Source: Candidatus Heimdallarchaeota archaeon | GTDB lineage: Archaea > Asgardarchaeota > Wukongarchaeia > Wukongarchaeales > JBHIFL01 | Assembly (NCBI GenBank): GCA_046761065.1 | Contig: JBHIFL010000026.1 | Span: forward strand, 1 to 48,531 | DNA length: 48,531 nucleotides | Reading direction: 5' to 3' | In this document: piece by piece, positions 1 to 9,851 of the stretch | Layout: each line of letters begins with the position of its first letter | How positions within the stretch are numbered: the first letter of the stretch is position 1 | Notes under the pieces: generated by a model | Told to the model about the DNA's origin: nothing | What the model saw: only the letters and a program-made list of their open reading frames with translations | The model's database searches: none | Program-made: the position numbers and the translations under genes

Positions 1-2
1 CC

Positions 3-545
3 GACCCTCAAAGAAATTATTCCAGTTATGCTCACGAATTTTCTGGAGGGATGGCTCAGCGTGTTATGATTGCAGCCGCGTTATTATGCGCTCCGTCCCT
101 GTTGATTGCCGACGAACCCACATCTGCCTTAGATGTCACCATCCAGCGACAAATTCTTGAGTTACTCAAAGATCTTAAAAATGTCTTTAATCTCTCAATT
201 CTGTTTATTACTCACGATCTGGGAGTAATCGCGGAAATGTCCGATCGAGTGGCCATCATGTATGCGGGTAAGATCGTGGAGTGTGCTGATGTGCTTACAA
301 TTTTTCAAAATCCCGCTCATCCTTATACCCGTGGCCTTATTGGGTGTGTTCTACGTGTTGACAAACACCACAAACCTGAGCCAATTCCAGGAGAGCTCCC
401 TACGCAATTCTATCGCCCATCTTGGTGCGCGTTCTATCCTCGGTGTAAGTATGCCACCCCAGAATGCCACCAACAAATCCCTCCCTCCATCGAAATCGAA
501 CCAGGTCATTTTGTCCGGTGCCTCCGATTAGATCACATCCAATAG
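3..545 (+). CDS. Oligopeptide/dipeptide ABC transporter ATPase (OppD/DppD type), 5'-truncated by the window edge
   Basis: Frame is open from nt 3 ([20 protein letters not shown]). ABC signature FSGGM, Walker [15 protein letters not shown] switch, HPYT and C-terminal CxFxxRC...C Cys motif. Confidence 0.92.
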   Translation, partial: DPQRNYSSYAHEFSGGMAQRVMIAAALLCAPSLLIADEPTSALDVTIQRQILELLKDLKNVFNLSILFITHDLGVIAEMSDRVAIMYAGKIVECADVLTIFQNPAHPYTRGLIGCVLRVDKHHKPEPIPGELPTQFYRPSWCAFYPRCKYATPECHQQIPPSIEIEPGHFVRCLRLDHIQ

Positions 546-767
546 AATTAATTCGTTAAAATCTAAAAGTTTTGACTATTTAAGCGCCTATAGATCTTGT
601 ATTAACGAAGTCAATTGAACTCAAACGTTAGTTATTGTGTAAGGCATTACAAAAGCATGGTCAAATTTCGACTCTTACATCGGATATTCTGTGCTATTCC
701 ACAGAAGCACACTTATGTTTATTCTAGTAAATATAATTCTTTGAAAAATAAAGGAGAATCACATATC

Positions 768-1544
768 ATGCAAAAAATGAACTCCCCTACTGGAGCGGCA
801 ATGGTGCTTATAGCCGCTATAGCCATTGTAACAGGCGTTTGGGCCCTTAACAATTACTTTGCGGTTTCAGACATCTACCAACCCGACCCCGGGAAGCTCA
901 TCGGGGCAGCACCTGCCCAAACGGATGGGTTAAATCAAATTGTTGTAGAAGGCATCGGAATGGTCAGACTCGATCCTGATCAAGCTATGCTATCTCTTGG
1001 AGTAACGACTCAAGCAGAAACAGCCACCAAAGCGATTCAAGATAACGCTGCCAAGATGAGTCAAGTTGTTGATATGATGAAGGCACAGGGAATCGCTGAA
1101 AATGACTTACAAACCAGTCGTTTCAGCCTTTGGACCGTTTACGATAAAGAATTTACAGTACCGATAAGTTACCGAGTCAGCAATCAAATCACTGTAACCA
1201 CTAAAGAAATTGATAAAGTAGGGCAACTCATTGATAGTGCTGTCCTTGCAGGCGCAAATCAAGTCAATAGTGTATCTTTTACCATGTCAGAGGAAGCAAT
1301 TGCCCAAATACGGCTTCAAGCGCTCGCTCTGGCCATTGAAGATGCCCAAGCGCGAGCAAAAGCAATTGCCAATAAATTAGACCTTACAATTGTTGGAGTA
1401 GGGTATGTCAGCGAATCTACAGGGTACAGCCCCTATTACGCTGATACTCGAGCTGTGGCTGCTTACGAAGAAGTATCGACACCAATTGAACCGGGGGAAG
1501 TAACCTTTACTGCCTCCGTTCACATCATCTTCTTGTTTGAATAG
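768..1544 (+). CDS. SIMPL/DUF541 domain protein with N-terminal membrane anchor
   Basis: IVVEGIGMVRLDPDQA, AGANQVNSVSF, AIEDAQARAKAIA and PIEPGE match the SIMPL family. ATG768 is preferred over TTG615 because AAGGAG lies just upstream. Confidence 0.88.
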   Translation: MQKMNSPTGAAMVLIAAIAIVTGVWALNNYFAVSDIYQPDPGKLIGAAPAQTDGLNQIVVEGIGMVRLDPDQAMLSLGVTTQAETATKAIQDNAAKMSQVVDMMKAQGIAENDLQTSRFSLWTVYDKEFTVPISYRVSNQITVTTKEIDKVGQLIDSAVLAGANQVNSVSFTMSEEAIAQIRLQALALAIEDAQARAKAIANKLDLTIVGVGYVSESTGYSPYYADTRAVAAYEEVSTPIEPGEVTFTASVHIIFLFE

Positions 1545-1574
1545 CCATAGCCTTTAGAAGAGCAGCATGCCTGC

Positions 1575-1593
1575 CTTTCCCCTCTTTTTTCTC
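1575..1593 (+). terminator. Pyrimidine/oligo-T tract, probable archaeal terminator
   Basis: CTTTCCCCTCTTTTTTCTC about 30-50 nt after the SIMPL stop. Confidence 0.45.
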
Positions 1594-1783
1594 ATCCCTG
1601 CGATTAGATATAGCTTCGATCATTGAATCTCAGAACAAGGTTTTTCAAAAAGTCTATAATATTAATTGAACTCGTTCAATCATATACATAGGATATCCTA
1701 TTTGGCTTATTCCTGATCGAATATTGTGGGGATAGGGGTAAAAAATATTAAGCGAAAATGTTAAAAAAACAAAGGACATTGTA

Positions 1784-2722
1784 ATGACGCGCTTTGAGGA
1801 TCTGAGCACCGAACTCTGCAAGAATGCCATAACAAGGTGCTTTCCTCAACTTTCGGTTACGACAATTCAACAAAATGATGTAGGGTGGGATAATTGGGTA
1901 TTTCTGATTAATAATACGTTTATTTTTCGGTTTCCTCGAAACCCAGAAGCTGCTCGGAGATTAGATCTCGAGCGGCGCCTGCTCCCCGAGCTGCAAAAAG
2001 TCATTAACATTCCCATCCCACAATTTGAGTTTGTTTCATTCGATTGTTCGGAGTTTAAACGCCGATTTGTCGGGTAGAGAATGATAAAAGGTGTTCCTCT
2101 GACTCCCACTCTGTTTCGACAATATCACTCAGAAGCATTCACACAAAAATTAACCACTCAAATTGCTGAATTCTTGTCTACTTTGCATAGTTTCCCAGTG
2201 GAAAAAGCTGTGGAACTAGGTGTTTCACGTAATCAAAAGAAAGAAAGAATTTTAACTTTGTATCAATGGATACAACAGAAAGTGTTTCCAATTCTTAAGC
2301 GCCAAGAGCAGGAATGGACACGGAATCGTTTTGAATCTTTTTTAAAAAATGAGCAATTCTTTCTATATACTCCTGTGTTGATACATGGAGACTTCAGTTC
2401 AGACCATATTCTTTTTGATAAAGACCAAGCGAAAATTGGCATAATCGATTTTGGCGACGTAACCATTGGCGATCCAGCCGGTGATTTTTCGTGCTTGGCA
2501 GATTATGGAGTAACGTTTGATCAGCAGGTTCAAGCTAAATATCAAAGCAACATAGATTCCATATTTTTACAACGAAGAACGTTCTACCGGGATTGTATTG
2601 GCTTTTGGGAGATCTTAGGGGGAATCGATCTTAATAATCCCAAATATGTGGATATTGGATTAATCCGATTGAGAAAAACAATTCAAGCGAATAAATCTAA
2701 CACGAAGAACGTTCAATCGTGA
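1784..2722 (+). pseudogene. Aminoglycoside phosphotransferase (APH)/choline kinase-like protein interrupted by one in-frame TAG
   Basis: ORFs 1784-2077 and 2081-2722 are in frame (FVG-TAG-RMIKG). GWDN and FRFPR in the N-lobe; LIHGDF..DH and IIDFGD catalytic motifs in the C-lobe. Confidence 0.85.
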
Positions 2723-2743
2723 TCGGATTGTTTTTTTTCATTT

Positions 2744-3424
2744 TTAACACTTAAATAATAAAGTAGTTAAAACATAAAAAAAAGCAAAAAAACTAATTAA
2801 AAACATCCAATAATACCATGAACCCATTAACAATTCATTTAGAGTTGTTAATATAAAAAAGGATAGTTGAGCGGCATTAAATAGGTAGAATGTAACAAAT
2901 AGATAGAATGTAAATAAAGTGGGATTGTTTATTGCCTTAAAATTAAGGTTATTGAAAAATTTCATTTTTTCTTTGCTTAGAAAAGTTCTCAGTTTAGTAA
3001 AATCGTTGGAATGAAATATTATTAGCAGGAACGCCATTGTAAGTACTGATTCTGTAATGAGATCCTCAATTTAATTGAGACCATAAACCAAATATGGTTT
3101 TTTATTAAAGGGGAATAATAAAAAATAATCAGAGAATACCAGATCAGCTATAATATGAGTTCCCACGACAAATAGAAGAACAGTAAAACCCTTTTTCTCG
3201 ATTTCCTCAAATTTACCAAAAAATAATAGCCAAAAAGCTGAAAAAACTACTGTTCCTATAAAGTTGTGAGAATAATACCTTAAAAAACCGAAGTGAAATA
3301 CATCAATTATATTTGCAAAAGTAAATATAAAAAGCATGAAGATTGGATCTTGTTCCTTTTTGAAAAATACAAATATTGGTTTAGCTATTAAATACGCAAA
3401 AGCAGTATGTCCAATCACCCACAT
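2744..3424 (-). pseudogene. Membrane-bound metal-dependent hydrolase-like protein (YdjM/DUF457-like) interrupted by an in-frame TAA; AT-rich
   Basis: 3071-3424 and 2744-3037 are in frame across TAA 3071-3073 (GLN*IEDLITESVLTMAF). His/Asp motifs GH, IID, YSH and THIIADL lie within TM helices. Confidence 0.65.
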
Positions 3425-3570
3425 AGATTTTTCACATCTTATTGATCTTTTACCTTTGAGGAGTTCGCTTTTTTAATCATTCAACTTTTCCACTTTAAAC
3501 GTTCAAGAAACTCATAACAAAAGGGTGAAAAATATATGGTTTATTGGGATATACTCAAAAGGGGTAAGGA

Positions 3571-4347
3571 ATGCACTTTCCGAAATTGAACCTTAACAAA
3601 AAAGGAACCTTTGTATTATTGTGGGTAGTCCTTTCGAATTTCCTCTTATTCTTTGGTGGGGCACTGAATCCCCTGACCGCAGGTGAACAATTTCGGCGTA
3701 GAACACAGTTGCCATCCCTCTTGGATCTAAGGACCCCCGATATCCAGGCACTTAATGACGACTTTGATCAGTTCCTTCTGGAAAGTGAGCAGATTGTGAA
3801 AACGCGTGACCAGTTTCACTCTCTGGAAGAATATGAAGTAAATATGGTTGAAATATTCACCTACTTACATGTAAAACACAAACCTGACACGATGCAGTAT
3901 CTCACTATCGATCATCTCCCCACAGTCAGCGAAGTCATGCGGACGGGAGTTGATGACTGTGATGGGCGCGCCATCTTGGCGACAACCCTCTTACTCTCTC
4001 GGGGCTATGATGCGTGGGTGCTAGCCAATCCATGGCATTATTGGGTTGAAGTTTTACTTGAAAATGATATTTACCTACACATTCTGAAGAAGAAAGGGAT
4101 AAACTTCTGGTACTTGCGGTTTAATAATCAAGAAGTGGTATTCAACTATATCCTAACTGTAGGATATGTATTTTATGAATGGTTTCTTGTTTCGCTAATT
4201 GTCGTGTTATGTTTTTATTTCCATAAGTACTTACAGATGCCTTTCATAAGACTATCAGCTAAAGCTCTATTGTTTGTAATAATAGTAACTCAAATCATTT
4301 ATTTCGGAGCCTTGGGCGTTGTACTTCTGCTGTATCGAATTTTCTAA
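3571..4347 (+). CDS. Membrane-anchored transglutaminase-like (papain-fold) protein, copy 1
   Basis: GVDDCDGRAIL..LLLSRGY and HYWVEV match the transglutaminase-like Cys and His motifs. One N-terminal and two C-terminal hydrophobic helices. Confidence 0.75.
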   Translation: MHFPKLNLNKKGTFVLLWVVLSNFLLFFGGALNPLTAGEQFRRRTQLPSLLDLRTPDIQALNDDFDQFLLESEQIVKTRDQFHSLEEYEVNMVEIFTYLHVKHKPDTMQYLTIDHLPTVSEVMRTGVDDCDGRAILATTLLLSRGYDAWVLANPWHYWVEVLLENDIYLHILKKKGINFWYLRFNNQEVVFNYILTVGYVFYEWFLVSLIVVLCFYFHKYLQMPFIRLSAKALLFVIIVTQIIYFGALGVVLLLYRIF

Positions 4348-4510
4348 TGGTAAGAGTTGTAAAGTGTAGTATGGATGTGGAGTCTCCTTTGAACGGAGTA
4401 GAATTAAAGGATATCCTCAATTATGGCAAACCCCTTGACTTTTGATGAGGAGAGAAAGTTATTGGCTAAAAAAATTGTAAAACATTGAGTAGGGTTTCAT
4501 CGGATATTAA

Positions 4511-5317
4511 ATGCCGGGATTCCGGATGCAGCTCCCAAAAGTGAATCTCCATAGGAAAGGGATCTTTGTAGTATTGTGGGTAATCCTTTCGAATTTCCTC
4601 TTATTCTTTGGTGGGGCACTAAATCCCCGGATTGCATGCAATCAATACAGGCGTAGAATGCAGTTGCCATCCCTTTTGGATCTGAATAACCCTAATGTTG
4701 GGGTACTCAATGAAAATTTTGACCAATTTCTTCAAGAAAGTGAGCAGATTGCTAAGACAAGGAACCAATTTAGCTCTCTGGAAGAGTATGAAGTGAATAT
4801 GGTTGAAATTTTCACTTATTTGCGTGTCAAATACAAATCCGATTTTATGCAGTATCTCACTATCGATCATCTTCCCACAGTCAGCGAAGTCATACAAACG
4901 GGAGTTGATGACTGGGATGGGCGTGCCATCTTCGCAGCAACCCTCTTACTTTTTCGGGGTTATGATGCGTGGGTATTAGCTGGCCCATGGCACCAATGGG
5001 TTCAAGTCATTCTTGGAAATAGCACCTCCCTGCAAATTTTAGATAAGAAAGGACTAGGGATGAAAATTTGGTATTTACGCTTTAACGATCGCGAAGTAGT
5101 ATTGAACTATGTAAAAGCCATTGGCTACATCTTTTATAAATGGTTCAGCGCTTTTCTAATTATAGCGTTCCTTTTTTACTCCTACAAGTACTTACAGACC
5201 CCTTTCATAAGGCAGGCAGTCAGAATCATCTTCTTTATAGCAGTCGGGACTTTCGTACTTTATATTGTTGCTCTTTTAATGATATTTCTGTTTTATCGAA
5301 TTATCTGGTTAATGTAA
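4511..5317 (+). CDS. Membrane-anchored transglutaminase-like protein, copy 2 (catalytic Cys replaced by Trp)
   Basis: Tandem paralog of 3571-4347 with long identical DNA blocks. Motifs read GVDDWDGRAIF and HQWVQV. Confidence 0.75.
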   Translation: MPGFRMQLPKVNLHRKGIFVVLWVILSNFLLFFGGALNPRIACNQYRRRMQLPSLLDLNNPNVGVLNENFDQFLQESEQIAKTRNQFSSLEEYEVNMVEIFTYLRVKYKSDFMQYLTIDHLPTVSEVIQTGVDDWDGRAIFAATLLLFRGYDAWVLAGPWHQWVQVILGNSTSLQILDKKGLGMKIWYLRFNDREVVLNYVKAIGYIFYKWFSAFLIIAFLFYSYKYLQTPFIRQAVRIIFFIAVGTFVLYIVALLMIFLFYRIIWLM

Positions 5318-5537
5318 TTAGAGAAAAGTGTAGGAATGGGTCCCGACTCGTGGTGTCTCTACTTGCCGTATTTCATGATGATATTCTATCTAGAACTTAC
5401 TTTATTCGGTTACATGCCTTCAGTATCCGTGAACCAAGTCGTTGCTTTAGCTCAGCTCACTCTTCTGGGTAGTGTTGCTTTGACTCCCCCACTTATTCAT
5501 CAGCGGTCATGATCCCCTTCATCAGGAGGGTACACAC

Positions 5538-5696
5538 TCATATATAACCAACAAGCACAGCCAACACAAAGAATAAGACAATGAGGAGTAAGATCGGCAA
5601 CAGGACTGTCTGAAACAACGCAATTATAAATGCCAAATACTGCTTTGGGCTCCACCCAATGCTTTCTTCCTCCTGTTTATTCTCCTTTTGGTTCAA
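5538..5696 (-). CDS. Small (about 52 aa) membrane protein coupled to dppF
   Basis: TTG at 5696 overlaps the dppF TGA (TTGA). Product MNQKENKQEEESIGWSPKQYLAFIIALFQTVLLPILLLIVLFFVLAVLVGYI has a charged N-terminus and a long hydrophobic C-terminus. Confidence 0.6.
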   Translation of the reverse strand: MNQKENKQEEESIGWSPKQYLAFIIALFQTVLLPILLLIVLFFVLAVLVGYI

Positions 5697-6712
5697 GTTT
5701 TCACGCTCAATGTATGTCCTGGCTCTGCATAGTGACACGCCGCAAAATGATCCCCGTCTACCCGAAGAAATTCTGGCACTTCCTTTCGGCATCGTTCCCG
5801 CGCGATTGGGCACCGTGTATGGAATCGACACCCTGCAGGGGGATTGACCGGACTTGGCACGTCGCCTTTCAAAATGATACGTTCTTTCTGCAGGTCGGGA
5901 TCTGGAGAGGGAATTGCTGAAAGCAGAGCTTTGGTATAGGGATGGTATGGGGCCTCGAAAATCCCGTCAACTGGAGCTTTTTCAACAAGTTTTCCCAAAT
6001 ACATTACCGCAAGCGTGTCTGTCATGTATTGGATGACACTGAGATCGTGGGTGATCAGTAAATAGGATAACCCCATCGATTTCTTGAGTCTGCTCAATAG
6101 ATTGATGATCTTGGCTTGAACGGAGACGTCCAGCGCGGAGGTAGGCTCATCCAAGATGATCAATTTGGGTTGAAGAATCAAAGCCCGTGCAATGGCGATA
6201 CGTTGACGTTGCCCCCCACTGAATTCATGAGGATAACGGAACTGATGTTCCACCTTGAGTCCAACTTGCTTTAGTGTCTCTAGCACTTTATCACGGGCTT
6301 CTGATTTGGTTGCAAGACCGTGGATTCGCAGGCTTTCGCCAACGATGTCATTAACTACTTTCCGGGGGTGGAGGGAGGCTACTGGATCTTGAAATACGAT
6401 TTGGATAAAGCGGCAGAGTTCTCGCCCAGCTTTTTTGTCAATGTCTAGAATATTTCGACCTTCAAAGAAAATCTTTCCCGCCGTTGCTGGAGTGAGCCGC
6501 AAGATAACTCGTCCCAAGGTGGTTTTGCCACACCCACTCTCACCCACTAGCCCAAATGTTTTGCCCCGTTTCAAGTCGAAACTCACACCATCTACCGCCT
6601 TCACGAACTCTTTAGCTCCAAATAAAAAGCTCTCCTCTATTGGGAAATACTTGACCACGTTCTCGCATCGGAGGATGATGTTTTCTTGCATATTCTTTTC
6701 TTTCTCCTGCAC
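5693..6712 (-). CDS. dppF: Peptide ABC transporter ATP-binding protein
   Basis: [46 protein letters not shown]. Confidence 0.95.
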   Translation of the reverse strand: MQEKEKNMQENIILRCENVVKYFPIEESFLFGAKEFVKAVDGVSFDLKRGKTFGLVGESGCGKTTLGRVILRLTPATAGKIFFEGRNILDIDKKAGRELCRFIQIVFQDPVASLHPRKVVNDIVGESLRIHGLATKSEARDKVLETLKQVGLKVEHQFRYPHEFSGGQRQRIAIARALILQPKLIILDEPTSALDVSVQAKIINLLSRLKKSMGLSYLLITHDLSVIQYMTDTLAVMYLGKLVEKAPVDGIFEAPYHPYTKALLSAIPSPDPDLQKERIILKGDVPSPVNPPAGCRFHTRCPIARERCRKEVPEFLRVDGDHFAACHYAEPGHTLSVKT

Positions 6713-6718
6713 TTCAAC

Positions 6719-7690
6719 TTATTCAAAGAGAAAACAAGCTACATAATGGCCTGCCTTGGTTTTGAACATTGGAGGCTGCTCTTCGCTGCATTTTTTCATT
6801 GCGTGGGGGCATCGGGGATGAAAGCGGCAACCTGAAGGTGGATTGACTAAATCAGGTACGAGCCCCGGGATGGTGTGTAGTTCTCCCCTCTCACCAGGTC
6901 GGGGAATCGCTTTCAACAGACCCTGTGTGTAAGGGTGTTGAGGATTCTTTAAAACACTTCGAACATCACTGGACTCCACAACAAGTCCCGCGTACATAAC
7001 GGTAACACGATCACATGTTTCCGCAACGATTCCTAAGTCATGTGTGATTAGTAAGACTGAAGCTTGCACGTCCCTAATTAAATCCTTAAGCAAACGCAAT
7101 ATCTGGGCTTGGATGGTCACATCCAATGAGCTCGTCGGCTCATCTGCAATGAGTAACTTTGGTTGCGTTGACAACATCATCGCAATCATAGCCCGTTGAG
7201 CCATCCCGCCACTTAGTTCATGAGGATATGCTTTCGCAATCTTCTGGGGTTCGGGGATGCCTACAACTCGAAGCATTTCAATTGCCGGATCCTCCGCTTC
7301 TTTAAGTGGTATATCTTGGTGAATCGAGATCGTTTCCGCAATTTGAAATCCAATTCTAAGGCAGGGATTCAGGGCAACTCCCGGTTCTTGAAATATCATC
7401 GAGATTTGATCGCCACGGATGGTTCGCATCTCTTCCTCTGAGATTTGTAATAGATCTCGTCCTTCGAATATGATTTTCCCGTCCAAAATTTTCCCAGGAT
7501 ACTGAATTAATCGGAGAATAGACAATGATGTGACCGACTTGCCACAACCGGTCTCGCCGACTAAACCCATTGTTTCTTCTCGTTCAATGTTAAAATTAAC
7601 TCCCTCTAGAGCTCTAACAATGCCCCTATAGGTATAGAAATAAGTCTTCAGATTCTGTACCTGTAAGATGTACTTATCCCGTTCACTCAT
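6719..7690 (-). CDS. dppD: Peptide ABC transporter ATP-binding protein
   Basis: GETGCGKS, MIFQEP, LSGGMAQR, IADEPT, GCRFHPRC. Confidence 0.95.
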   Translation of the reverse strand: MSERDKYILQVQNLKTYFYTYRGIVRALEGVNFNIEREETMGLVGETGCGKSVTSLSILRLIQYPGKILDGKIIFEGRDLLQISEEEMRTIRGDQISMIFQEPGVALNPCLRIGFQIAETISIHQDIPLKEAEDPAIEMLRVVGIPEPQKIAKAYPHELSGGMAQRAMIAMMLSTQPKLLIADEPTSSLDVTIQAQILRLLKDLIRDVQASVLLITHDLGIVAETCDRVTVMYAGLVVESSDVRSVLKNPQHPYTQGLLKAIPRPGERGELHTIPGLVPDLVNPPSGCRFHPRCPHAMKKCSEEQPPMFKTKAGHYVACFLFE

Positions 7691-7718
7691 CTCTTTTGAC
7701 CTACTTACCTAACCGTCA

Positions 7719-8810
7719 CTACCTTCGCAACTTGGGATCAAGAATATCGCGAATCCCATCACCTAACAGGTTAAAGCCAAGTACAACAATTAAGATGGCA
7801 AGCCCTGGAAAGGTCGAGATCCACCATTGAAATTGAATCCGTGTTCGCCCTTCTGCCACCATCAGACCCCACTCAGGGGACGGTGGCTGTGCCCCAAACC
7901 CGATGAACCCAAGGCCCGCCGCAGTCAAGATGACTCCTCCCATATTAAGAGTCATCTGGACAATAATCGGGGAGATGCAGAGTGGGAGTAGATGCAAAAA
8001 GATGATACGCTTGGAAGAGGCCCCAAGGGCTCTTATGGCTTCGATATATTCTTTCTGTTTATGAACCAACGCTTCACCGCGCGCTAATCTGGCGTAACGC
8101 GGCCAAATAACGACTGCCATTGCTATCATGACATTGTTTATCCCGCGACCCAAGGATGCTGAAACCGCCATGGCAAGGATTAGAGCCGGGAATGCCAGAA
8201 ACATGTCCGTGATCCTCATTAACAGGTCATCGATTTTGCCTCCTAAGTATCCTGATACAATCCCGACAACCACCCCCACAACACTCGCAACAGCTGTAGC
8301 AATGATGGCAACTTTTAGAGAGATTCGGGCTCCATGTAAGACACGACTGAAGATATCCCGACCTAAGTGGTCAATTCCAAAGATGTGTTCTCCCTGAGAC
8401 GTAGCTGTTCGAATTTGAAGAATAGTTATCCCCGCAAAAATCGCCATCAACAGGATCAGTACTATAACAATCTTTCGCTGGCGTCCTTCTTTTGGTAAGC
8501 TGTAATTGTGTTTACTCAGAATATAGGCGTTACTGATACCAATCACAAGCGAGCATAAGAGCGTTATAACGATGGGAGTAAGGTACGGTGAAGGTGGTTC
8601 AAGGCGGGTTTTTAGTTCCTGCTTGTAAGGGTCAAATGGAGCGAGTGAAGGGCCAATAGCCGCTACAATAACCAACAATGCGATGATAATAGCCCCGACG
8701 ACAGAAAGGGAGCTCCGTTTGAACATGATACCCATGGTTTTCAGATCTTGAAATTGGGCTTGGTGTTCCTCCAACCATTGATCCCAACGCCTGCTAACTC
8801 TTTTAAACAT
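7719..8810 (-). CDS. dppC: Peptide ABC transporter permease with an about 65-aa two-helix insertion
   Basis: HIFGIDHLGRDIFSR, EYIEAIRALGAS (EAA loop), PPSPEWG and NLLGDGIRDILDP. Confidence 0.93.
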   Translation of the reverse strand: MFKRVSRRWDQWLEEHQAQFQDLKTMGIMFKRSSLSVVGAIIIALLVIVAAIGPSLAPFDPYKQELKTRLEPPSPYLTPIVITLLCSLVIGISNAYILSKHNYSLPKEGRQRKIVIVLILLMAIFAGITILQIRTATSQGEHIFGIDHLGRDIFSRVLHGARISLKVAIIATAVASVVGVVVGIVSGYLGGKIDDLLMRITDMFLAFPALILAMAVSASLGRGINNVMIAMAVVIWPRYARLARGEALVHKQKEYIEAIRALGASSKRIIFLHLLPLCISPIIVQMTLNMGGVILTAAGLGFIGFGAQPPSPEWGLMVAEGRTRIQFQWWISTFPGLAILIVVLGFNLLGDGIRDILDPKLRR

Positions 8811-8822
8811 GTTTCATCCTAC

Positions 8823-9851
8823 CTAACCGTACCTTATTCGTGGGTTGATCAATGCATATACGAGATCCACTATGAGATTGGCTATAGAATAGACCACTGC
8901 GATCAGTAGGGTTCCACCCATCACAGCTGGGAAATCTAAGGATAAAAAGGCTCCTGTGATATAGCGTCCGAGTCCTGGCCATGAAAAGATCGTTTCAGTG
9001 AGTACCGATCCTTCCAAAAGCCCTCCATAGGCAAGGCCAATAACAGTTGTTGTAGGGATCAGGGCATTGCGAAGCGCATGGCGATAGATGACTACCCATT
9101 CGCGTAGACCCTTAGCCCTTGCTGTTCGGACATAATCTTGTTGTAATGCTTCTAACATGCTGGATCGCGTGATTCGCGCAATAGATGCAGTGAAGATATA
9201 ACCTAGAACAAAGGCAGGTAATAATAGGTGCCTTAAGTAATTCAAAAAGGCCTCATAATCTCCAGCTAAGATGGCGTCAATGGTTAAGAGGCCAGTTCTT
9301 CTCGGCGGCCGTTCCATGAAGACATCCAACTGACCTCCCCCAGGCAACAAATCCAAATGATAATAAAAGATCAACAATAGAATGAGCCCAAGCCAGAAGG
9401 CTGGCATTGATAAACCTATTAATGAGAAGATGCGCGCCCCGTGATCGGTCAGTTCATCCCTTTTAACGGCCGAAATCATGCCAAGCGGAATCCCAATGAC
9501 AATGCTAATCAACATCGCTGTTGTTGCCAATTCGATGGTGGCCGGGAACTTCTCTTTAAGATCTTGAGTAACCGGATGGCGGGTCGCAATGGATGTCCCC
9601 AGATCCCCCGAGAAGATGTTTCTAATATATCTAATAAATTGAATGTGTAGAGGATCCATAAGGCCCATCCTTTCTTTTATTCGGTCAATAACTTCCGGTG
9701 GGGCCTGTCCACCCGTGATAGTCGCGATAGGATCTGCAGGGACTATATGAGATAGAGTAAACGTGATAACCAATACACCAAACAGGGTAATGATCATTAA
9801 TACCAATCGCTTTCCAACATAGCTTAGAAATCGCATGTTTCGCAACTCCAA
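8823..9851 (-). CDS. dppB: Peptide ABC transporter permease
   Basis: GDLGTS, FPATIEL, DYVRTARAKGL, HALRNA, ETIFSWPGLG, NPRIR. The true start may be ATG9836. Confidence 0.95.
   Translation of the reverse strand: MELRNMRFLSYVGKRLVLMIITLFGVLVITFTLSHIVPADPIATITGGQAPPEVIDRIKERMGLMDPLHIQFIRYIRNIFSGDLGTSIATRHPVTQDLKEKFPATIELATTAMLISIVIGIPLGMISAVKRDELTDHGARIFSLIGLSMPAFWLGLILLLIFYYHLDLLPGGGQLDVFMERPPRRTGLLTIDAILAGDYEAFLNYLRHLLLPAFVLGYIFTASIARITRSSMLEALQQDYVRTARAKGLREWVVIYRHALRNALIPTTTVIGLAYGGLLEGSVLTETIFSWPGLGRYITGAFLSLDFPAVMGGTLLIAVVYSIANLIVDLVYALINPRIRYG

Noticed and set aside
5415-5530. C/D-box sRNA or hammerhead ribozyme (two CUGAUGA on minus at 5525-5519 and 5503-5497, with downstream CUGA)
   Set aside because: Guide spacings (8 nt and about 40 nt) do not fit the roughly 12-nt archaeal C/D layout, and there is no GAAA core for a hammerhead.
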